Shown here: positions 1 through 12,129 of the stretch, in pieces
Numbering within the stretch: the first letter of the stretch is position 1
Layout of the letters: the number at the start of each line of letters is the position of its first letter
Assembly: GCF_009914755.1 (NCBI RefSeq)
Contig: NC_060928.1
DNA from: the human T2T-CHM13v2.0 reference genome, Homo sapiens
Strand: one strand, 5' to 3'
Length of the DNA stretch: 64,000 nt
Made by a program: the position numbers and the translations under genes
The notes under the pieces: model-generated
What the model was told of the DNA's origin: nothing
Database searches by the model: none
The model's input: only the letters and a program-made list of their open reading frames with translations

Positions 1-110
1 GTAGATGAATAAAAATATAAATGGTTGAAAACATGTATGAATATATATGTAGATGAAAAATACTCTGATAGTAACCTGTATTTTTGTGCAATAGAAGTAA
101 GATAACCCAT

Positions 111-260
111 TGGCCGGGTGCAGTGGCTCACGCATGTAATTCCAGCACTTCGGGATGCCAAGGCGGGCAGATCACTTGAGGTCAAGAGTTCCAGACCAGC
201 CTGGCCAATATGGTGAAACCCCGTCTCTACTAAAAATACAAAAATTAATACAAAAATTAA
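111..260 (+). mobile_element. Alu (AluS-like) left monomer, truncated at the middle A-rich linker
   Basis: GGCCGGGTGCAGTGGCTCACGC...CCCCGTCTCTACTAAAAATACAAAAATTA; right monomer absent. Confidence 0.9.
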
Positions 261-261
261 G

Positions 262-406
262 GCAGAGCCTTGCTTCATCGACTATGCTGAATGGAGTGCA
301 GTGGTGCAGTCACAGCTCACTGCAGCCATAACCTCCTGGGCTCAAGCACTCCTCCCACCTCAGCCTCCTGAATAGCTGGGACCACAGACACACCACCATG
401 TCTGGC

Positions 407-455
<49 letters not shown>

Positions 456-578
456 CAGAGTCTCCCTGTGCTGCCCAGGCTGATCTCAAACTCCTGGGCT
501 CAAGCAAATCTTCCTGCCCTGGCCTCCCAAAGGCCTGTAAGTGCTGGGATTATAGGCATGAACCACCTCACTTGGCCA
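262..578 (-). mobile_element. AluJ-like element lacking its poly(A) tail, with (GT)n at the central linker
   Basis: Reverse-complement Alu motifs (GGAGTGCAGTGG, CTCCTGGGCTCAAGC, GTGCTGGGATTATAGGCATGA); (GT)n at ~408-452. Confidence 0.85.
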
Positions 579-1604
579 AGAAATCTTAATTCTTTCTGAT
601 AATATATCAAGTATCCCTTTATCAGCCCAATAACATTTATGCAGCCTAGCTAGGTTTAGAGTGACAAGAGCTCTCTTTTTTTGCACATAAACACTAAAGG
701 TATATGAAGTCTGACTTTCAAATCAGCAGAGTAACTAAAATATTTTAGAGCTGCTTAAATACACTGGTAGGTGTGAGAGTCATCAGTCTGTCAGAGCCAT
801 AGTAACTGTATATTGGGGAAATTGGAACCACTTTTATCTTGGATGGCCCTGAGCTGCTGCTTACCTGTTAATTTTGAGTTTCAGTGCAGTTAATAGATTA
901 GGAGTTTGGAAAAAAGCTTAGCTTTCCTCATGGAAAACTTTAAAAGGTAGAGATGGTCTGACTCCTCCAAACCCCTCAACCCACACCAGCATTACATAGC
1001 ATGCTCCCCACTTGCATACATATGTGCACAGCTTAGATATCCAAAGTCTGAGGTAAAAAATTAGTTGTACTCTACAAGATGATATTGAACATATTAAAGT
1101 TACTAGATTGTGACTCGCCAAGGACCTGCTGGGTTCTGAGTTTTCTTCTCCTTTTTGAGTATGCAGATTATGGTTTCACATTAGGGCAATTCATCTAACA
1201 ATAACCGCTTTGCCAAAATCTGCTTTTTTTGCGTTGAACAAGTGCTGCACTTCATACTGTGTGCTTGTGTTCATCACTTTTTTCTTTGTATTCTTTGTAT
1301 CCCTAGCATGTTTGTGGTGGTTTGTTTTCTCTTTGATATTTTGACCAATAGACATATTGGAGATTTTCTCACCTGTAAGAAACTCTTTTTTAAAGTTTAT
1401 GTTCTATCCCCTTTTCTTTCCAACTTAATGCACTAAGCATCACTTTAAAATTCTTTTGCTTCTAGGATTCTAACATATTTGCACCTTATGGCTTCTGTTC
1501 TTTGATAAATTTTTAAGTTTGTATTAAAACATTCAAGTTTACAGACGCTGTAGCCTTTGTCTTGTACTTCCAGGCAAATATTACAGTTCCTTATTTTTCA
1601 ACAG

Positions 1605-1682
1605 CTTCGCAAAGGCTGAAAAATTTGCCTCGCACTTCCCTCAAAGCCAAACAGTTGCTTCAAACTTCATCTACAAAAAGAG
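1605..1682 (+). CDS. SLAIN2: SLAIN2 internal 78-nt exon, probably an alternative cassette: (x)SQRLKNLPRTSLKAKQLLQTSSTKR
   Basis: Acceptor ttatttttcaacAG and donor AG|GTAACT; 78 nt, phase 1/phase 1, open in the frame that joins exon 27165 (G|TA = Val, then PSPGK); basic Ser/Thr-rich like the SLAIN body; non-repetitive flanks. Confidence 0.75.
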
Positions 1683-4537
1683 GTAACTACAGCCTCTTAC
1701 TCAGTTTAAAATTTCAGCAAATGATCTAGTTAAATCTTAAGCCATTTGGCATACTGAGTCAGTGGTGTCTGTAAGGCACATTTTAGTCTTATTTTAAAGA
1801 ATAATAAAATAATGAGGATTTATTCTGTTATTTGGATAAATCCAGAAGAAACATTTTCTACAGAGGTATGTATTGGGTTGCTTTTCTGAAAGGAGTAAAT
1901 GATATATAGAGAATATATTTTTCTTACCCACTTAAAATGAAAGGGCATCATTTCAACTTTTTGCCAACTGAACTTCATAAGTGCTTTAAAATGAACCAAA
2001 TGTCAGACATTCTGTATGTTGATGTTTTTTCCTCAGACTTCAATTTTTACTTTTACTTACCTGTGTAAAATGGGAACACTTCCACATTAGAAGGTAGTTG
2101 AAGTTAAATCACAAGTTGTGGTTGATTGATAGGTCTGGAATGTTTATGGAGTGGTAGCTTTCATAATAATAGTTGAAGAAATATATGAAGGTCGGACATC
2201 AAAGCTGTCCAATATTGGTTCCAAGACACTGAATGTATGGGCAGCTAGATGGAAGTAGAATTAAGAGAAAACAGTGGGATTGGATAGACCAACAGTAATA
2301 AAAACAAACAGAGGCCTCAAAGGAAATGGTATGAAACAAAGAGGAAAAGTATTTTTCCTATCCAGAACATGTAGGTTTTCTGATAGCTTTAGATCTCACT
2401 AAACAACCAAAATATGTAACAGAGATAAAGCACTAAAGAAAATTACGCAGGAAGAAGAAATTAGATTTTTTTTGAAAAAAAAAAGGAAAAGAAAAAATTT
2501 GGTTACGTTTACAAAAGTGCTATAATAGAAGTTTTGGCAAATTTATTACTGCAAATGTTTTTGCACTGATTTCTTGGATTGAGTATAATTTAAGGAAATA
2601 GTTTTAGATAATAGGATTTGAAGGTAAGTCAAATAGGCAAATAAAAAAGCAGAATGTATGAATGTTTGTATTTTGAATATCAGAAGTTGACCATGGGCCT
2701 CCAATATGAATGTTTTTTGGTGCCATGGTCAGGTATGTTAGTAATAGACTGGATAGATTATGTTTGATGGGAAAGGAGGTGACTTAATAGGGGTTATTAT
2801 AGAAAGGGGTTTTTGTGGACTTATTTGGGAACCTTAGGCTTTTTTTTTTTTTTTTTTTTTTTGAGACTTTTCAATATTTTTTAGTACTTCCATGGCTAGG
2901 GGTAGGAGGCATATAAAAACATGAACCTGAAAACACTGTGGTATCTAAACTAGGGCAGGAGATCACTATACCATAATAAAAGAGTAGAAGATTTTAAGTT
3001 TATATAAATTTTGTTGTTTGCCTCTGTAAGCTGTTTCATAATGTTTTTTGGAATTAAGTAGGTTTACATAACTTAAAATTTTTACCTAAAGATTTCATGT
3101 TGCTGTGTTGATCAGGTTAAGAAAACCATAACTTCTAGCTGAATTTTTAAAATTTGCCTATAGGGGTTACATTATTTTTATCACTCCAAGCTACCAAACT
3201 ACCTATCCTCTCTGATAAGATAACAGGAAAGCCCAAACTTGGAACTGTTATGAACTGGAATTCTTGGCATCTCTAGCTGTCTTGTTGACTTAGTAAAGGT
3301 AAAGAAGGGGGAGGAGGGGCAGGGGGTGTGCTATTCTGTTTTGTTTAATCCCTTACTTATTTAACTTGATCCAGACTTCTATATTTTCTGATTAGTATTG
3401 TGACGTGGGCATTATCATTACCTACCTCTTCTCTGTAAATTTTTAACCAGTTGAGAAATGGACACAGATATAAGGTAAGATTTAAAATATTAGCTTAATA
3501 ATTGATGAAGCTGAGATGGAGAATATCTTTTGGATCCAAGGCCAAAATGGATTTTCTGATTTCCCCTCATATCGAGACATTAAAGGGAGGGGTCTGCATT
3601 GACTGGCAGGAGCCTCTTCTCTTGTGGGGTTGTGAGGCACACAGGAGACAAAGGCCACCTGTTCACAGGTATATTTGGCATATTAAACGTGTCCAGTAAA
3701 GAAACATGGACCAACAGGTGATAAATTGGCACACAAATCAATTCATCCATCCTGGGGATGAACCTGTACAATTGTCTAGAAAGCTAATATATCGTAGGGG
3801 TGACAGGATCATGGGAGGAGGAAAAAGATTACTTAACAATTGGAAATATAGTCACTTTGATTTTAATTGCATTTAGTAGTAGCAGGTGTTTGAAAATGGA
3901 AAGTAAGAACTGTGTTGCTTGGCACAGTCACTCCATAAATATTTGTTGAATGAATATAGTCATGCTACTAAAGTCAAAAAAGGATGGACACGTTCTTCTT
4001 TGCATTTTCTTTTTGCAAGTTTTTTGTGTTTCTTCAGCCTATCCCACTCTGAAGAAAACAATCCAGTCTATATTTTTAAGACTTCATGGAAGTGGCTATT
4101 TAAACTGCTTTGAGAAAGATTTTATTCATTCCCTGTTGTTGGGCACTGAGTGAAGTGGAGGTAAATAGGGCAGAGACCTCACCAAGCCAGCGGGAAAAAA
4201 TGAAGACTAATTAGACAAAGTGAATGCAGAGATAACAGGATATTAATTCCTTCTTAGTTGCCTCTTTCCTTCTAAACACCCCATTAAAAAATGGGCAAAG
4301 GACATGAACAGACACTTCTCAAAAGAAGACATTCATGCGGCCAACAAACATATGAAAGTTCTTGCCTCTTCTGTATTTAGAAGGAAAGAGGCAACTAAGA
4401 AGGAAATACAGAAGGAAAGAGGCAACTAAGAAGGAATTAATGATGGTAATTGTTTAATACTCTTTTCACTATATTTTGAGATACGTTGAAATAAACAGTA
4501 TTTATAGAAGACCTTAATGATAAGATTTTTGTTTTTC

Positions 4538-7500
4538 CTTCAATTTTTATTTTAAGTTTTGGGGTACATGTGCAGGATGTGCAGGTTTGTTACATAGGTA
4601 AATGTGTGCCCTGGTGGTTTGCTGCACAGATCAACCTATCACCTAGGTATTAAGCCCAGCATTCATTAGCTATTCTTCCTGATGCTGTCCCTTCCCCCGC
4701 CGCCCCTGACAGCCGCCAGTGTGTGTTGTTCCCCACAGTGTGTCCATGTGCTCTTACTGTTCAGCTCTAACTTGTGAGAACATGGGGTGTTTGGTTTTCT
4801 GTTCCTGCATTAGTTTATTGAGAATAATGGCTTCCAACTCCATCTATGTCCCTGCAAAGGACATGAACTCTTTCTTTCTTATGGCTGCATAGTACTCCAT
4901 GGTGTATATGTACCACATTTTCTTTATCGAGTCTGCCATTGATGGGTATTTGGGTTGATTGCATGTCTTTGCTGTTGTGAATAGTGCCGCAATGAACATA
5001 CACATGCGTGCATACATCTTTATAATAGAATGATTTATATTCCTTTGAACATACACCCAGTAATGGGATTGCTGGGTCAAAAGGTATTTCTGCTTTTAGA
5101 TCTTTGAGGAATCACCATGCTGTCTTCCACAGTGGTTGAACTAATTTACACTCCCACCAGCAGTCTAAGTGTTCCTTTTTCTCCACAGCCTCGCCAGCCA
5201 GCATCTGTTGTTTCTTGCCATTCTGACTGGTGTGAGATGGTATCTCATTGTTGTTTTGATTTGCATTTCCCTAATGATCAGTGATGATGCGCTTTTTTTC
5301 ATGTTTGTTGGCCCCATGAATGTCTTATTTTGAGAAGTGTCTGTTTATGTTCTTTGCCTACTTTTTAATAGGGTTGTTTGTTTTTTTCTTGTAAATTTGT
5401 TTCAGTTCCTTGTAGACTCTGGATAGTAGACCTTTGTCAGATGGATAGATTGCAAAAACTTTCTCCCATTCTGTAGGTTGCCTGTTCACTCCGATGATAG
5501 TTTCTTTTGCTGTGCAGAAGCTTTTTAGTTTAATTAGATCCCATTTGTCAGTTTTTGCGTTTGTTGCAATTGCTTTTGGCATTTTCATCATGCAACCTTT
5601 GCCCATGCCTGTGTCCTGAATAGTATTGCCTAGGTTTTCTTCTAGGGTTTTTATAGTTTGGGGTTTTACATTAAAGTCTTTAATCCATCTTGAGTAAATT
5701 TTTTATAAGGTGTAAGGAAGGGGTCTAGTTTCAATTTTCTGCATATGGCTAGCCTGTTCTCCTAGCACCATTTATTAAATAGGGAATCCTTTCCCCATTG
5801 CTTGTTTTTGTCAGGTTTGTCAAAGATCAGATGGCTGTAGATGTGCAGTCTTATTTCTGAGTTCTCCCTTCTGTTCCATTGGTCCATTTGTCTGTTCTTG
5901 TACCAGTACTATGCCGTTTTGGTAACTCTAGCCTTGTAGTATAGTTTGAAGTCAGGTAGCATGATGCTTCCAGCGTTGTTCTTTTTGCTTAGGATTGTCT
6001 TGGCTATTGGGGCTCTTTTTTGGTTCCATATGAATTTTAAAATAGTTTTTTTCTAATTCTGTAAAGAATGTCAGTGGTAGTTTAATGGGAATAGCATTGA
6101 ATCCATAAATTACTTTAGGCAGTATGGCCATTTTCATGATATTATGATATTGATTCTTCCTATCCATGAGCATGGAATGTTTTTCCATTTGTTTGTTTCC
6201 TCTCTGATTTCCTTAAGCAGTGGTTTGTGGTTTTCCTTGAAGAGGTCTTTCATTTCCCTTGTTAGCTGTATTCCTAGGTATTTTATTCTTTTTGTAGCAT
6301 TGTGAATGGGAGACCATTCATGATTTGGCCCTCCGCTTGCCTGTTTTTGGTGTATAGGAATGCTAGTGATTTTTGCACATTGATTTTGTATCTTGGGACT
6401 TGGCTGAAGTTGCTTATGAGCTTAAGAAGCTCTTGAGCTGAAATGATGGGGTTTTCTGGATATAGAATAATGTCATCTGCAAACAAAGATAATTTGACTT
6501 CCTCTCTTCCTGTTTGAATACGCTTTATTTTTTTCTCTTACCTGATTGCCCTGACCAGACCTTCCAAAACTATGTTGAATAGGAGTGGTGGGAGAGAGCA
6601 TCGTGGTCTTGTGCTGCTTTTCAAAGGGAATGTTTCAAGCTTTTGCCCATTCAGTATGATATTGGCTGTGGGTTTGTCGTATGTGTCTCTTTTTATTTTG
6701 AGGTATTTCCTTCAATACATAGTATATTGAGAGTTTTTAACGTGAGGGGATGTTGAATTTTATTGAAGACCTTTTCTGTGTCTATTGAGATAATCATGTG
6801 GTTTTTGTCTTTAGTTCTGTTTATGTGATGAATTACATTTATTGATTTGCGTATGTTGAACCAACCTTGCATCCCGAGGATAAAGCCAACTGGATCTTGG
6901 TGGATAAGCTTTTTGATGTGCTGCTGGGTTCAGTTTGCCAGTATTATATTGAGGATTTTTGCATCAACATTCATCAGGGATATTGGCCTGATGTTTTCTT
7001 TTTTGTTGTATCTTTGCTAGGTTTTGGTATCAGGATGTTGCTGGCCTCATAAAATGAGTTAGAGAGGAGTCTCTCCTTTTCAATTGTTTGGAATAGTTTC
7101 AGTAGAAATTGTACCAGCCATTCTTTGTACCTCTGGTAGAATTCAGCTGTGAATCTGTCTGGTATTGGGCTTTTCATTGATTGGCAGGCTATTTATTACC
7201 TCCTCAATTTCAGAACTCATTATTGGTTTATTCAGGGATTCAGTTTCTTCCTGGTTCAGTCTTGGGAGGGTGTATGTGTCCAGGAATTTATCTATTTCTT
7301 CTAGATTTTCTAGTTTATGTACATAGAGGTGTTTATAGTATTATCTGATGGTTGTTTGTATTTCTCTTGGGTCACTGGTGATATTCTCCTTATAATTTCT
7401 GATTGTGTCTATTTGATTCTTCTTTTTTTTTTTTTTTTTTTTTTTTTGAGACAGAGTCTTGCTCTGTCGCCCAGGCTGTAGTGCAGTGGCATAATCTTGG

Positions 7501-10500
7501 CTCACTGCAAGCTCCTCTGCTTCCTGGGTTCAAACAGTTCTCATGCCTCAGCCACCCAAATAGCTGGGATTACAGGCATGTGCCACCACGCCTAGCTAAT
7601 TTGTTTGTATTTTTAGTAGAGATGGGGTTTCACTATGTTGGCCACACTTGTCTTGAACTCCTGTCCTCAAGTGATCGCCCGCCTTGGCCTCACAGAATGT
7701 TGGGATTACAGGCGTGAGCCACTGTGCCTGGTCCCTTTTCTTCTTTATTATTCTAGGTAGTAGTCTATTTTATTAATTAAAAAAAAAGCTTCTAAATTCG
7801 TTTGTTTGTTTGTTTGTTTTTTTAAGGGTTTTTCTTGTCTCTATCTCCTTCAGTTCTTCTGCTAGCTTTGGAGTTTGTTTGCTCTTGGTTCTCTAGTTCT
7901 TTTAGTTGTCGTGTTAGGTTGTTGATTTGAGATCTTTCTAGCTTTGTGATGTCAGCATTTAGTGCCGTAAATTTCCCTCTTAACATTGCCTTAGCTGCAT
8001 CCTAGAGATTCTAATATGTTGTCTCTTTGTTCTGATTAGTTTCAAAGAAAGTCTTGATTTTTGCCTTAATTTCATTATTTACCCAAGAGTCTTTCAGGAA
8101 CAGGTTGTTCACTTTCCATGTAGTTGTGTGGTTTTGAGTGGATTTCTTAATCTTGAGTTTTAATTTGATTGTGCTGTGGTCTGAGAGACTGTTATGATTT
8201 CAGTTCTTTTGCATTTGCTGAGGACTATTACATGATCAATTTTAGAGTAAGTGTTGTGTGGTGATCAGAAGAACGTATATTCTGTTGTTTTTGTTTGGGG
8301 AGTTTTGTAGACATCTATCAGGTCCACTTAATTCAGAGCTGGGTTCAGGTCCTAATATCTTTGTTAATTTTCTGTCTCGATGTTCTGTCTAATATTGTCA
8401 GAGGGGTGTTAAAATCTCTCACTATTATTGTGTGGGAGTCTAAGTCTCTTTGTAGGTCTCTAAGAACTTGCTTTATGAATCTGGGTGCTCCTGTATTGGG
8501 TTACATATATACTTAGGATAGTTAGCTCTTCTTGTTGAATTAAAAACCCTTTACCGTATGTAATGCCCTTCTTTGTCTTTTTTGATCTTTGTTGGTTTAA
8601 AGTCTGTTTTGTCAGAAAGTAGGATTGCAACCCCTGCTTTTTTCTGTTTTCCATTTGCTTGGCAAATTTTCATTCATCCCTTTATTTTCAGCCTGTATGT
8701 GTCTTTGCATGTGAGATGGGTCGCTTGAAGACAGCATGGGTCTTGACTCTTTATCCAGCTTGCTACTCTGTGTCTTTTAATTGAGGCATTTAGCCCATTT
8801 ACATTTAAAGTTAATATTGTTATGTGTGTATTTGATCCTGTCATGATGTTAGCTCGTTATTTTGCAGACTTGTTTATGTGGTTACTTTACAGGATCACTG
8901 GTCTGTGTACTTCAGTGTGTTTTTGTAGTGGCTGGTAATGGTTTTTCCTTTCCATATTTAGTGCTTCCTTCAGGAGCTCTTGCAAGGCAGACCTGGTGGT
9001 GATGAATTCCCTCAGCATTTGCTTTTCTGAAAAGGATCTTATTTCTCCTTCACTTATGCAGCTTGGTTTAGCCAGATATGAAATTCTGGGTTAGAAATTC
9101 TTTTCTTAAGGAATGTTGAATGTTGACCCCCCAATCTCTTCTGGCTTTGTAGTGTTTATGCTGAGAGGTCCTCTGTTAGTCTGATGGGCTTTCCTTTGTA
9201 GGTGACCTGGCCTTTGTCTCTGGCTGCCCTTAATTTTTTTTTTTTTTCCTTCATTTCGACCTTGGAGAATCTGATGATTATGTGTCTTTGGGTTGGTCTT
9301 CTTGCGGAGTATCTTACTAGGGTTCTCTGGATTTCCTGAATTTGATTATTGACCTTGTCTTGCTAGGTTGGGGAAGTTTTCCTGGATGATATCCTGAAGT
9401 ATGCATTCCAACTTGATTCTGTTCTCCCCATCTCTTTCAGGTACCCCAGTCATTCATCGGTTTGGCCTTTTTACATAATCCCACATTTGTTCATTCCTTT
9501 TTCTCTATTCTTTTCTGCCTGTCTTATTTCAGAAAATAGTCTTCAGACTCTGAGATTCTTTCCTCCACTTGGTCTCTTCTGCTGTTGATACTTGTTATTG
9601 CATTGTGAAGTTTTCATGTTGTGTTTTTCAGCTCCATCAGGTCAGTTATGTTCCTCTCTAAACTAGCTATTCTGGTTGTCAGCTCCGGTATTGTTTTATC
9701 ATGATTCTTAGCTTCTTTGCATTGGGCTCAGCAAAGTTCAGAACCCTACTTCTGTCAATTCAGCTGTCTCAGCCTCAGCCCAGTTCTGTGCCCTTGCCGG
9801 AGAGATGTGGTCATTTGGAGGAGAATACAAATTCTGGCTTTTTGAGTTTTCAGTGTTTTTGCATTGATTCTTTTTCATCTTTGTGGGCTTATCTACCTTT
9901 GATCTTTGAGGTTGCTGACCTTTGAATGGGGCTTTTGTGCGGTCCTTTTTGTTGATGTTGTCGTTGCTTTCTGTTTTTAACAGTCAGGCCCTTCTTCCAT
10001 AGGGCTGCTATGGTTTTCTGGGGGTCCATTCCAGACCCTAGTCACCTCAGTCCCTCCTGCATCTGGAGGTATCACCAGTGAAGGCTGCAGAACAGCAAAG
10101 ATGGCAGCCTGTCCCTTCCTCTGGGAGCTCCGTCCCAGGGGGACACTGACCTGATGCTGGCCCGAACTCTCCTTTATGAGGTATCTGGAGATCCCTGTTG
10201 GGAGGTCTCAGGCAGTCGGGAGGAATGGGATCAGGGTCCCACTTACAGAAGATGTCTGGCTGCCCTTTTGTGGAGCAGGTGTGGTGCTCTGGGGGGATCC
10301 CCTTTTGTCCAGACTGCTCTGACTCTCCAGAGCCAGCAGGCTGGAAAGGCTGTTGGCTGAACCACAGAGACAGCGGTCGCTCCTCCTCCAGGGGCTCCAT
10401 CATCAGAGTTCTGTTCGTATAACCCTGGCTGGAGTTGCTGAAATTCTCACAGGGAGGCCTTGCCCAGTGAGGAGGGATGGATCAGGGTCCCACTTAAAGA

Positions 10501-11270
10501 AGCAGTCTGGCCACGATCTGGCACAGCAGCTGTGCTGCATTGTGGGGAACTCCTGGTCTGGACCATCTGGACTTTCCAGAGCCAGCAGGCTAGCACAGCT
10601 GACTCCAACCACAGAGATGGCGGCCACCCTTCCTCCCAGGAGTTCGGTCTGTGTCAGGCAGTCTCCAGCCTGCTACCACTGGCTGGCTGGAATTCCAAGC
10701 CAGTAGGTCTTGTGAGGTGCCGTGGGAATGGAGCCCAGAGAACACTGCTGCCTGGTTCCTTGGATTCAGCCCCCTTCCTAGGGTAATGCATGGAGGGATC
10801 TCCTGCCTTGCATGAATTCCTGGAACTGGAGTATGCAAAACTACTGGGTCTCCGTGAGTGCCTGAGTGGCCATTCTGCGGAGACGCCACACAGCTTTGTG
10901 CTTTGGATCCTAGGCTGTGGTGGCGTGGGCTTGTGAGGGAATCTCTTGATCTGTGGGTTGCAAAGATCCGTGGGAGAAGCGTGGTTTCCCAAGTCAGGGC
11001 AGGGTTGCACAATCACTCACCACCTTTCTTGGCTGGCGATGGGGGCTCTCCTGGCTCCATGCTGCATCCAAGTGGGCCATTGCCTCACCCTGCTTCTTTT
11101 CCTCTTTCTCCATGGGGTCAAGCTGTTCGCCTAGTCAGTCCCAGTGCGAGAACCTGGATACCTCAGTTCAAGGTGCAGAATGAACTCACTCTTTCTTTCC
11201 TCTTTTCATTCCTCTCTGTGAGAGCTGCAGACCACTGCTACTTCCAATTGACCATCTTGGCCCACCCTCC
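4538..11270 (-). mobile_element. Near full-length old primate L1 (L1PA10-PA12-like), ORFs disrupted
   Basis: 3'UTR at 4540-4800, ORF2 fragments in the ORF track (FADD motif in 6283..6486), ORF1 region, 5'UTR ending with the reverse complement of GGAGGGTGGGCCAAGATGG at ~11270; degenerate TSD GATTTTTGTTTTTC (4524-4537) / GACTTTTGCATTTC (11271-11284). Confidence 0.9.
7423..7733 (-). mobile_element. AluS inserted in L1 ORF2
   Basis: Poly-T followed by GAGACAGAGTCTTGCTCTGTCGCCCAGGCTG...GGCGTGAGCCACTGTGCCTGG. Confidence 0.95.
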
Positions 11271-12129
11271 GACTTTTGCATTTCTAATGATTAGATTTTA
11301 AAATGCCTTTTGATATTAGACTACTTGAAAATGGAGAATGAAAGAATTTTGTGATTACCTAGGATTCAAAATTAAAAATTGTCTTCTCTTTTCTATCAGC
11401 TGACAAGTATTTATTGAATCTGTATCAGAAACAAGATACACTCATTATATCCTTCCTCTTTGCTTCTCTATTCTAGCCCCTCTTTGCTTTCTCCTCTTAC
11501 AGTTGTGTTCAAAACTAGCTTCTGACATACACAGACTTCTTAGAAACAATTAAAATGATAGGAGTTGTTTCCCCTCCTATGATTTTGATATGTAAAATTT
11601 GGAGAATGAGAGAAGAAAGAGCATGGAGGCTGTTCTTGAGGTTCCCTCCAAACACACATTCCTGTTAGACCATTTCATGCCAGTTTTGGAATGATAACAT
11701 TATAGGGTTTATTTTACATTTAGACTTAATAATGTTTTTATGGCTTTCTAAGGCCTTTGTCTTTCTCTGTAGTTAAATCTTGATTACAGCTGTCAATTTC
11801 CTTTGCTGAGAAAGTCCTAGGTCAAAACTCTTTAAAGGTCACCTGTATCCAATCAACCTCATTATATTTTTATTGTTCCCTGGCCCACATGTTTATAAAT
11901 GAGTCAAAATGCTGCTGCCGTGAAACATTTTTTCCAATAGTATAACTGCAGCTTAGTATACCTCTTGAAATCCTCTCTAGTTTCCCCTCCACTTATACAT
12001 AAACTTTGTTAAAGTATTTCTCTCCATATCTTGATGTTGTAGGACTTTACTTGTTCTTTCATAGACTGTGTTGCATTTATCTAATAATTTAGGGATTAAT
12101 AAATTTATAATGATTTCTGGTTTATAAAT

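Noticed and set aside
2840-2867. T23-GAGAC as an extremely 5'-truncated Alu
   Set aside because: Only 5 nt match Alu and there is no convincing TSD; cannot be distinguished from a poly-T tract.
10047-11301. Dense overlapping ORFs on both strands
   Set aside because: GC-rich L1 5'UTR with few stop codons by composition.
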